Origin: Pseudomonadota bacterium
GTDB lineage: Bacteria; Bdellovibrionota_C; UBA2361; OMII01
DNA: 64,000 nt
Reading direction: 5' to 3'
Assembly (NCBI GenBank): GCA_038134595.1
Contig: JAYPVM010000005.1
Coordinates: forward strand, 1-64,000
The notes below the pieces were generated by a model. It had not been told where the DNA came from. It was given only the letters and a program-made list of their open reading frames with translations, and searched no databases. Of this stretch, positions 56,002 through 64,000 are shown one piece after another (within the stretch, counting starts at the first letter, position 1; each line of letters begins with the position of its first letter). The position numbers and the translations under genes were made by a program.

Positions 56002-57468
56002 ATGAATCCAAGCCTGCTTCAATTAAACACCAGAGTCCTTCTCTCTTCAATAAAACCAAACGCTACCCTTGATGATATTCCCGATAGCTTTCTCCGGCAA
56101 ATTAACGTCGATGGATTCGATTGGGTTTGGCTTTTGGGAGTCTGGTCAGTTGGACCGGCGAGCCGTCGCATATCCCGTTCCCGAACTAGTTGGCTAGACG
56201 AGTATCGCAACGCTCTCCCGGATTTAGAAGAGAAGGATATCTGCGGCTCTCCGTTTGCCATTCAAGGATACACTGTTGATCCTTATCTCGGTGGTGAAGA
56301 CGCGCTAGCGCGCATACGCTCCCGAATGCGAGCTCTCGACATCAAACTGATGGTTGATTTCATTCCCAATCACATAGGGTTCGACCACCCTTGGATTGCT
56401 TCGAACCCAGAATTTCTCATTAGGGGCACAGAGGCTGACTATTTCACGAGTCCAGACGAATGGGTGCGCTTAGACTCAGGACAAATCTATGCCTATGGCC
56501 GGGACCCTCACTACCCAGGTTGGCCCGATACCTTACAGCTAAATTATTTTAATCCGAACCTGCGTGCCGCCATGCACCAGGAGCTTGCCAGTATCGCTCA
56601 GCGAGCCGATGGAGTTCGTTGCGATATGGCAATGCTTATCGAACCAGAGATATTTACTAAGACATGGCAGAAAGCCTCACCAGAGGAAAGCTTCCCCTCT
56701 TTTTGGCCTTCCGCAATCGAAATGGCGCGAAAAAGGAACCCTTCCTTCCTCATGATGGCTGAAGTGTACTGGAACTATGAATGGAGGCTTCAACAACATG
56801 GCTTTGACTATGTTTACGACAAGACTTTATACGACCGGATCATCGCCGGCAACGCCGCAGAGATTTATGCTCACTTAACTGCTCCGCTCGAATACCAAAG
56901 CAAGCTAACTCGTTTTCTAGAGAATCACGATGAAGCTCGAGCTGCAGCGGCTATACCATATGAGCGTTACAACGCTGCTGCCGTTCTTACCTATCTAACA
57001 CCAGGGCTTCGCTTGTTTCACGATGGTCAGCTAGAGGGGAAAAAAATCCGAATCCCCGTTCACTTACAAAGAGGCCCTGAGGAAAGAATCGCACCCGACA
57101 TTGCTAGGTTTTATGAGAAGTTTTTACCCCTGGTAAACTCTCCTATTAGCAAGCTGGGCAAATGGAGCTTGGTCGAAACAGAAAGTGCCACAAACAAAGA
57201 CTCGACATGCAGCCCAATCATCTCATTTGCACTAACCTCTGATGAGGCCTGCTGGGTCGTCGTGGTCAACTTTACAAATAGTCACCAGTCAGTAACACTG
57301 AAGCTTTCAGGTAATAACCTTTCTTCCGACACTCAAGCTGGCACAAAATTAACTCTAACCGAACTCCTCAATGAAGAGACAGCCCGTCATAGCGTTAATG
57401 CAAACAAATTAGAGCTTAAGCTCAAACCATGGGATGCTTGCGTGTTCGAAGTCACACTTGATACCTGA
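56002..57468 (+). CDS. GH13 alpha-amylase-family glycosidase
   Basis: DFIPNH, GVRCDMA, AEVY, FLENHDE catalytic regions. Confidence 0.9.
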   Translation: MNPSLLQLNTRVLLSSIKPNATLDDIPDSFLRQINVDGFDWVWLLGVWSVGPASRRISRSRTSWLDEYRNALPDLEEKDICGSPFAIQGYTVDPYLGGEDALARIRSRMRALDIKLMVDFIPNHIGFDHPWIASNPEFLIRGTEADYFTSPDEWVRLDSGQIYAYGRDPHYPGWPDTLQLNYFNPNLRAAMHQELASIAQRADGVRCDMAMLIEPEIFTKTWQKASPEESFPSFWPSAIEMARKRNPSFLMMAEVYWNYEWRLQQHGFDYVYDKTLYDRIIAGNAAEIYAHLTAPLEYQSKLTRFLENHDEARAAAAIPYERYNAAAVLTYLTPGLRLFHDGQLEGKKIRIPVHLQRGPEERIAPDIARFYEKFLPLVNSPISKLGKWSLVETESATNKDSTCSPIISFALTSDEACWVVVVNFTNSHQSVTLKLSGNNLSSDTQAGTKLTLTELLNEETARHSVNANKLELKLKPWDACVFEVTLDT

Positions 57469-57487
57469 AGGCTACTCCCACTCTTTT

Positions 57488-58036
57488 TTAATGCTCTGGC
57501 AGTAAACGCTCACCCACGGGGATATCGCTGGAGCTAAAGGACATGTTGAAATCACGCAACTTCTCTGCTCCTAGTAAAAGTCCTAAAAGAGATGCGAACT
57601 CTCCCAATTTTTCGGAGCCTAAATGCCCAAGCTCTCTTATGTAGAAATCACGCACTTGTAGACTTAACACAGACAGCACCCGCTTAGCTTCATCGGTAAT
57701 TGAAACAGTAATAACCCGTCTATCCTCTGTACTTCTTTTTCGAGCCACATAACCAAGTCGATCGAGGCGATCGAGAAGTCGCGTCATGTCCGGCACTTCG
57801 GCGATGAGTTGAGTACTGATATCACCACACGATTGCCCAGTACTATCGGCAGATTGAAGAATACGCAATATGTCATAGGTAGCGGTGGTTAGATCGTACT
57901 GACGCAGTAATCTATTCAACTCAGCCTCTAGCTTCCCCGCACATTTAGCAAGAAGACGATACACCGTCTCCTCTATAGGCTGGTCGCGGTTTGCGATTTC
58001 CGATGCCACAACCCTCTCCTTTCCGTCTGAGCTCAT
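57488..58036 (-). CDS. MarR-family transcriptional regulator
   Basis: YDILRIL, PDMTRLLDRL-x3-GYV-x-R...DRRV-x3-SIT. Confidence 0.9.
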   Translation of the reverse strand: MSSDGKERVVASEIANRDQPIEETVYRLLAKCAGKLEAELNRLLRQYDLTTATYDILRILQSADSTGQSCGDISTQLIAEVPDMTRLLDRLDRLGYVARKRSTEDRRVITVSITDEAKRVLSVLSLQVRDFYIRELGHLGSEKLGEFASLLGLLLGAEKLRDFNMSFSSSDIPVGERLLPEH

Positions 58037-58456
58037 AAACACGCCCCTTACGCTACACACTGTTTCAGCACAAAACGGGGGCACAAAACACTGCCCTACG
58101 TTTTTGGCTCGCCTATTTGACAGCAGAAATAGTTTCAAAAAACGGGGGTTGCGGCTATGACTCCGATTACTCAGCACATTGTATGTCAAAGCGCGAGACC
58201 GCACTTCCAAGCGCTCGCTTATCATACTAAAGGTTAAATCAACCGCGCCTTACGCAAGCAGTTTTGTTCAAATTATCGATACACTTGTGCTCCACTCCCA
58301 AGAAGGGGTACCTTTGACAGCGAGATAAACAGTCTAGCCATTGATGACTCAGACCATCTAACGGGAGAAAACACGTTCGGCTTAAAAATTTTCGATGAAT
58401 ACCGAGCTCGCTCACCACTTTGACACCTACCAGCGCCTAGACCACCGCGACAGCTT

Positions 58457-59887
58457 ATGAATCCTTTAAAGACGAAAGAACTTACACTTCGGTCTGCTAC
58501 CAAAAAGCCCCTAAACGCATTACTCCTTCTTTCTGGTTCCCTTTTGCTCTCGTTAGGGCTCTGCGCATGCTCTATCCCTAATCTGGACCGAGTCGCTTTA
58601 AACCAACAAAACGACTCTCCGAAGGACGAATCCCTATTCATCGAGTCGCTTAACCCTGAGCTACTCGAATCAGATCTCGAACTTCTTAAAAACACCTCGA
58701 AACCCGTGAGAGCCCTGACACTATCAACTGCATGGCTTTCAAAATCTCGATATCAATTAACCCACGGCTCACCTGGCGCGATATCCAGCATGCTTCGCGC
58801 TATTCAACTTACACTCTCTGGAATGGAAATGAGTGGGTGCGAAAGCTTTGCATCAAAGCGATGTAAGAGTCTAAACGAAATTCAGAGAGAGGCTATATTT
58901 CTGCTATTCTCAACACTTCAAGACCGAAGCTGGATAGCACCAAAGCTTGCTCCATCGCGCTACCGGTTTTCACAAACAGCAATCGACCTAATCCAACAAC
59001 TTCAGAACTGGGAGATAACACTCCCGACAACGCCACGCGACCTACTCATAGATAGAAGTGGTATTGGACTCCCTCTCGCCGGATGTCGAAAACTACGAAA
59101 GGCAAGAATATGCACTCCGCTAACTGCAGTAGTCTCGTTTCGGGAGGAACTTTCGAGTGACCTTATAACCGCCGATATATCCATCATCGATAGCTACCAG
59201 CAAGAAGTGTTGTCAACTCATGGAAAAAGCGCTCCCGTGGCTGCTAGTTTTTCCAAAGCAGTGGAACTCGTCAAAGATTCACTAGTAGCGTCGGGACAAC
59301 TTGTGTGTTTGAGCACACCGACATCCTCTACGGGCGTTGTGCTCATCCCGCATCAGTCCTCGAGTAATCCCGCGGATGTCGGAACTTTTCTACTTTCGGT
59401 AGCAACCAACCCATCGGTCCGCAATGCATTTACTCCATGCGTGACAAGCATCCAAGTATCACACTCCATGCCCCAGACTCGAAAACTTGCCCAGCGTGCC
59501 ATCTCAAATCTCACCGGGCTTACGAGACCACAACTACCGACGTCTACTATCAAGCTCGCTCTGATCAATCTAGCGAATGAAACAATTCCATTCTCCACCA
59601 TACTAGCGACAACTCTCAACCCTTCTCAGACCAACAGATGGAGCCTCTGTAGTGTAGGAGTTCCTCCTTTTCTCCTTTCTGCCCAAAACGCTCGGCACGC
59701 CCTAGAGGACGTCGCAGCGTCGGCAGCCGCATCGGTCTTCACTACCTCTGCACGTTGCGACAATAAGTGCGAAACAGCACTTTTAACTGGAAACGATCTT
59801 CTCGGAGATAAAACGCAACCTACAGCACCTAGCCGAAAGGCGCGAACTCTAAAAGACGAGTCGTTTTCGGTGTCGTCTGCCATGTAA
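58457..59887 (+). CDS. Lipoprotein, probably a degenerate alpha/beta-hydrolase homologue
   Basis: LCA-C lipobox; remnants GIGLPL, PLTAVVSF, PVAASFS; no GxSxG. Confidence 0.6.
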   Translation: MNPLKTKELTLRSATKKPLNALLLLSGSLLLSLGLCACSIPNLDRVALNQQNDSPKDESLFIESLNPELLESDLELLKNTSKPVRALTLSTAWLSKSRYQLTHGSPGAISSMLRAIQLTLSGMEMSGCESFASKRCKSLNEIQREAIFLLFSTLQDRSWIAPKLAPSRYRFSQTAIDLIQQLQNWEITLPTTPRDLLIDRSGIGLPLAGCRKLRKARICTPLTAVVSFREELSSDLITADISIIDSYQQEVLSTHGKSAPVAASFSKAVELVKDSLVASGQLVCLSTPTSSTGVVLIPHQSSSNPADVGTFLLSVATNPSVRNAFTPCVTSIQVSHSMPQTRKLAQRAISNLTGLTRPQLPTSTIKLALINLANETIPFSTILATTLNPSQTNRWSLCSVGVPPFLLSAQNARHALEDVAASAAASVFTTSARCDNKCETALLTGNDLLGDKTQPTAPSRKARTLKDESFSVSSAM

Positions 59888-60003
59888 AAAGGAGATGCAG
59901 ACATTTTTGTTGCCATCTGCTAGGCTTCGCTTAAGTGTTCATATGTACCAGCTGAGTTAAAAATCACTTTTTGGCGACAGTTGAATTAAACACAACGGTT
60001 CCT

Positions 60004-61254
60004 ATGTCATCAATTGCAACCCTTCCACCAGTTAACCAATCCAACGAGTCGGTATCATCCACGGCCTATGGAATATCCGAATTATACCTTTCAGCCGAGC
60101 CAGATGAAATCGCTTCTTTACTCGCTGACGCATCACCGCGTGAAATCTCTCACACCCTAAAACAACTACTCCCGGATAAGGCTACAATTGTTTTCTCGCT
60201 TTTGTCGGAGGCAACACGGGACGAGCTCGGCCAATATCTCGACGCGCGATATCTAGAGCAGTGGGCTCATAACAGCACTTATCCCGAGGATTCTGTAGGC
60301 CGGCTTATGGATCCGCCTTTTGGGGTCTATCAACTCGATCAAGCGGTGAATGAGGTTCTTCGAACCCTTAAGGATCAACTCAGGCGTGAATTTATCACCT
60401 ATCTCTATGTCGTAGATAACACTGGGCAACTACAGGGGCTCGTTGTTATGAGAGATCTGCTCTTTGCTCAGCCGACCCAATTACTCAGTGATATCATGGC
60501 ATCTGACATTTTCTCCCTCACCCCTGAAACGCCTGTTATGGAGGCGATGCGTGGGGTTGCGGCTCGGCATTACCCAGTATATCCCGTCATCGATTCAAAA
60601 AGGCAGCTATGTGGTTTAGTACGAGGCTCACGGCTATTTCAAGCGCAAGCATTTGAGATTAGTTCTCAAGCCGGGACTATGGTGGGTGTTGAAAAGGGGG
60701 AGCGTTCTACGACGCATTTCTTCAAAAGTCTCCGTTATCGCCATCCCTGGCTTCAACTTAACCTTCTTACTGCTTTCATCGCGGGAGCAATCGTCAATCT
60801 TTTTCAGGATACAATTAATCAGGTCGTTGTACTGGCTTCATTTCTGCCGATTCTGGCAGGACAGTCGGGTAATACAGGGTGTCAATCCCTAGCCATCACA
60901 CTCCGTGGTCTTACCCTCGGAGAGATAGATCAGACAAAAATCTCCCGCCTACTCCTAAAAGAGGCGTTTTTAGGTTTACTAAACGGAGCTCTCGTTGGTC
61001 TAACCGCAGGTCTAGCAATGCTGGTTCTGGCACACGTTCAGGAGCTCTCTGAGCCCTTTCTTCTCGCTTCCATCGTATTCATGGCGATGACTGCTAGCTG
61101 CTGCATAAGCGGCGTATCCGGTGTGCTCGTGCCGGTCGCATTGCGTCGACTAGGTGCCGATCCCGCCACAGCATCAGGTATCTTTCTTACTACAGCCACC
61201 GACGTTGCCAGCATGGGCCTACTTCTGGCACTGGCAACTCTAATTTTACTCTAA
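60004..61254 (+). CDS. mgtE: Magnesium transporter MgtE
   Basis: YPEDSVGRLM, two CBS domains, RHPWL, GNTGCQ, DPA-x-ASG-x-FLTTATD. Confidence 0.93.
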   Translation: MSSIATLPPVNQSNESVSSTAYGISELYLSAEPDEIASLLADASPREISHTLKQLLPDKATIVFSLLSEATRDELGQYLDARYLEQWAHNSTYPEDSVGRLMDPPFGVYQLDQAVNEVLRTLKDQLRREFITYLYVVDNTGQLQGLVVMRDLLFAQPTQLLSDIMASDIFSLTPETPVMEAMRGVAARHYPVYPVIDSKRQLCGLVRGSRLFQAQAFEISSQAGTMVGVEKGERSTTHFFKSLRYRHPWLQLNLLTAFIAGAIVNLFQDTINQVVVLASFLPILAGQSGNTGCQSLAITLRGLTLGEIDQTKISRLLLKEAFLGLLNGALVGLTAGLAMLVLAHVQELSEPFLLASIVFMAMTASCCISGVSGVLVPVALRRLGADPATASGIFLTTATDVASMGLLLALATLILL

Positions 61255-61575
61255 GCCCCCTGCGAATGCGTCTACAACTTCAAGGACCGTCGTAATCGTC
61301 TGCGCCTGTCCAGGAAATCGCGCCTCGAGCCGACTGCTAATCGACTTTGAAAATTGTCGTTGGTATCTCTCGTAGGACTCCATGTTCTCGGCCTCAAACT
61401 GAACAGCATAGGTAAAACCACCCTGTTCAAACGCATGAATTCGCAGCAATCTCGACCGTTCGAAACAGCCCGTCTCTAATACCGCCCGAACATAGATACT
61501 TCTGATCCACTCGAGCCATTTGTCATGTACATCCTTATCCACGTTCATTGTGATATTGAAAACTATCCCCGGCAT
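61246..61575 (-). CDS. DUF4286-like protein
   Basis: FNIT-x-NV...WLEW...TGCF...TYAVQF. Confidence 0.75.
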   Translation of the reverse strand: MPGIVFNITMNVDKDVHDKWLEWIRSIYVRAVLETGCFERSRLLRIHAFEQGGFTYAVQFEAENMESYERYQRQFSKSISSRLEARFPGQAQTITTVLEVVDAFAGGLE

Positions 61576-61762
61576 ACTCTCCTCTATCTCGCCCCCAAAC
61601 AGCCTTTTCCTAAATAAACCTGAAGCATTTTAAAGCAAATGCACCAAGATAATCCAATACTTGTTCCGTTGAGGCCACTCGCCTCTTTCAACATTGTCTA
61701 ACGATATTTACTGCTAAAACCCTTCCAGAAGGCCGCGTTCTCTGATAAAAATCTAACGTATC

Positions 61763-63472
61763 ATGAAAAAGTTATTAGCCTCCATCCTTGCAGACGCGAC
61801 AGGTCTAGAAGAATCCGTTGTTTATAAGGCACTTTCGATCCCCAAGACAATAGAACAAGGCGATATTGCATTCCCCTGCTTTCTCCTGGCTAAGTCGTGG
61901 AAGCTTTCTCCGGATCAGTGCAGCGCAAAGCTTTCCTCAATGATCACTCTTCCCTCTACGTTCGCTCGGGCCGAGTGTCAGGGGGCTTATCTAAATATCT
62001 TTTTAAACCGGGAAACCTCGACCCGAGACACCACAAAATCCATTTTGTCCATACAACCCATTCCCGAGCGAAGCAACAGGGGCACTATCGCAATCGACTA
62101 CTCAGGGCCAAACATATCCAAGCCATTTCATGTAGGACACCTGAGAACAACTGTTATCGGTTTCTCCCTTTACAAGCTTTTTTCTCATCTCGGGTTCAAC
62201 GTGATTGGCGTCAATCATTTAGGCGATTGGGGAACTCAATTTGGTTTTGTCTATGCAGGCTGCTCTCTGTGGGGAAAGCCGAAGGACGACATGAACGAGT
62301 TAGTTTCCCGTTACGTGGAGGCTAACCTACTCCGGAAATCCCAAGAGGCGGGCGGCGAGTTAGATAAACCATTGGTGAACGATATCGCCCGCGACTATTT
62401 CATCCGACTCGAGGCTGGGGATCCAGAAGCTGTTGAGTTCTGGAAATGGAACCTTGATATCTCCAAAAAATACTATGAAAAGACCTATGCTCGAATGGGG
62501 ATTACCTTTGATTCCTGGAACGGAGAATCCTTTTATGCACAATTCTTCGACCAGTACATTACTGAACTCAGGGCTAGCGGAATCCTAGAGGAATCTAGAG
62601 GAGCATTCGGAGTCGATTTAGGAAAAGATTTGGGGTTTGCTCGGCTTTTGACCGAGGATGGGCGAACACTGTACCTCACCCGAGATCTAATAACTGCCGA
62701 CTATCGAGAGAACACCTACCACCCCGACCGAATAATTTACGTGGTCGGAGCCCCACAAGCGCTCCACTTTAAACAGCTACGAGAGATACTCCGCAAGATG
62801 GGGCGGTCAGTTGCAGAGAAGATTGTTCATATCTCTTATGGACATGTCCCAGGTATAAGCACTAGGAGCTTAAAGACAGAATCGGGCGATATATCTCTTG
62901 ACGCTCTATTGGATGAGGCACAAGACCGTGCCAAAGAGGCGTATGAATCCGCCGTATCCAAACGACCTGAGGATGTCGACGTCGAGCACGTTGCGCAAGC
63001 AGTCGGGCTTGGTGCAATCTATTTTAATTATTTATGCCGCACCAACAACAAGGAGTTTCATTTCAGCTGGGAAGAGGCGCTTAACTTTAAAGGCGATACG
63101 GGTCCTTATCTGATGTACGCCGTGGCAAGACTTCACAGCATAGAGGAAAAGGCAAAAGCCGTGGGCATAGAGGTCAACGTAGACTGTGATTACAGTTGCC
63201 TACAAGAAACTGAGGCTTGGGAGCTAACAAGTATTCTGCGTAGATTTACTGAGGTTCTAGAAAAAACGGCCGTTGATTATGAACCGTGCAACATCTGCAA
63301 CTACGCTCTCGATCTCGCAAAAAGCATCTCCCGAGCATACCTAAAACTGCGCGTTGTAGGTGAAGATAATATCGAGACGGCTCGTGCGAGACTCACATTG
63401 TTTGTGGCGGCACGAGAGGTTCTCACTACCAGCTTAAACATACTGGGAATAACGCCTCTAAAACGCATGTAA
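61763..63472 (+). CDS. argS: Arginine--tRNA ligase
   Basis: DYSGPNISKPFHVGHLR, NHLGDWGTQFG, LYLTRD, GDTGPYL-x-YA, C-terminal ...KRM. Confidence 0.97.
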   Translation: MKKLLASILADATGLEESVVYKALSIPKTIEQGDIAFPCFLLAKSWKLSPDQCSAKLSSMITLPSTFARAECQGAYLNIFLNRETSTRDTTKSILSIQPIPERSNRGTIAIDYSGPNISKPFHVGHLRTTVIGFSLYKLFSHLGFNVIGVNHLGDWGTQFGFVYAGCSLWGKPKDDMNELVSRYVEANLLRKSQEAGGELDKPLVNDIARDYFIRLEAGDPEAVEFWKWNLDISKKYYEKTYARMGITFDSWNGESFYAQFFDQYITELRASGILEESRGAFGVDLGKDLGFARLLTEDGRTLYLTRDLITADYRENTYHPDRIIYVVGAPQALHFKQLREILRKMGRSVAEKIVHISYGHVPGISTRSLKTESGDISLDALLDEAQDRAKEAYESAVSKRPEDVDVEHVAQAVGLGAIYFNYLCRTNNKEFHFSWEEALNFKGDTGPYLMYAVARLHSIEEKAKAVGIEVNVDCDYSCLQETEAWELTSILRRFTEVLEKTAVDYEPCNICNYALDLAKSISRAYLKLRVVGEDNIETARARLTLFVAAREVLTTSLNILGITPLKRM

Positions 63473-63808
63473 GCTCAAACCAACAGGGGAACGGGCGCGG
63501 GCATCCTAAGGCGATATAATTTTCGGACACACCTAACCGCCTGAAAATCAATCAGATTATCCGCTATCTCAAAATAGAACTTAACTTCAAAACATGTTAA
63601 AATGGACTAACGGTGTAGACGTTGAGATACACAAATTTTAATCGCACCGATAACGAATACGTAAACAATTCAAGCAGGGCGTGAAACAAGCACCCCACGA
63701 TTAGAGCAGTTTTAGTGCAAAGAAGAGCAAATCCTTTTTATCCTTATTGAAAAGCGGTCTTTCTACTTACAACACCAAAACCGTCGAAACCAATAAGTTA
63801 CCATTACT

Positions 63809-64000
63809 ATGCAAGATACTGAAAACACCAGCACCACATCGAAGTTCGCCTTTCTCCAGCATGCACAAATCGAAGAGTCACTTCAGAAGCTTGGAATAAC
63901 GACACCCACGCCGGTTCAATCGAGAGCTATTCCAAGCATCCTAGAAGGCGGTGACCACATCGTTGAAGCACAAACCGGTAGTGGAAAGACGCTAGCTTTC
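63809..64000 (+). CDS. DEAD-box RNA helicase, 5' part only
   Basis: Not in the ORF track. Manual translation MQDTEN...[15 protein letters not shown]...[11 protein letters not shown] gives the Q motif and Walker A. Confidence 0.92.
   Translation, partial: MQDTENTSTTSKFAFLQHAQIEESLQKLGITTPTPVQSRAIPSILEGGDHIVEAQTGSGKTLAF

Noticed and set aside
58110..58430. Three TTTGACA copies and one inverse copy between the marR-family gene and the lipoprotein gene
   Set aside because: Irregular spacing and no properly spaced -10 elements; cannot be distinguished from chance.
1..64000. CRISPR arrays, rRNA, tmRNA, RNase P RNA, transposases, prophage genes
   Set aside because: No regularly spaced repeats or diagnostic conserved motifs were seen in the intergenic regions or the ORFs.

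Overview
A 64-kb stretch of a bacterial chromosome (roughly 48% GC by eye; probably a diderm, given gmhA and lipoproteins), densely coding and mostly housekeeping. Recognisable genes include tnaA, bioD, bioF, sppA, gmhA, purB, purN, cutA, secG-tRNA-Leu(GAG), rpmG, tyrS, tcdA, glgB, sdhCAB, a Dus, mgtE, argS and a partial DEAD-box helicase. I found no CRISPR array, rRNA, transposase or prophage. Main leads: (1) a tyrosine recombinase at the left edge, missed by the ORF track, with a 36-bp dif-like site just upstream, where strand skew appears to invert and KOPS-like octamers point. This may be a replication terminus with a XerS/XerH-style single-recombinase system. (2) An intact but catalytically dead P1B-ATPase homologue between rpmG and secG. 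(3) A second apparent pseudoenzyme, a lipoprotein alpha/beta-hydrolase. (4) A SNF2 ATPase with tandem HARP-like domains. (5) An ABC permease fused to its solute-binding protein through a retained signal peptide, with a C-terminal anchor. (6) A bioF-linked atypical ketosynthase. (7) Several unrecognised structured leader RNAs, two of which hide the Shine-Dalgarno site. All calls come from reading motifs by eye; no searches or folding programs were run.
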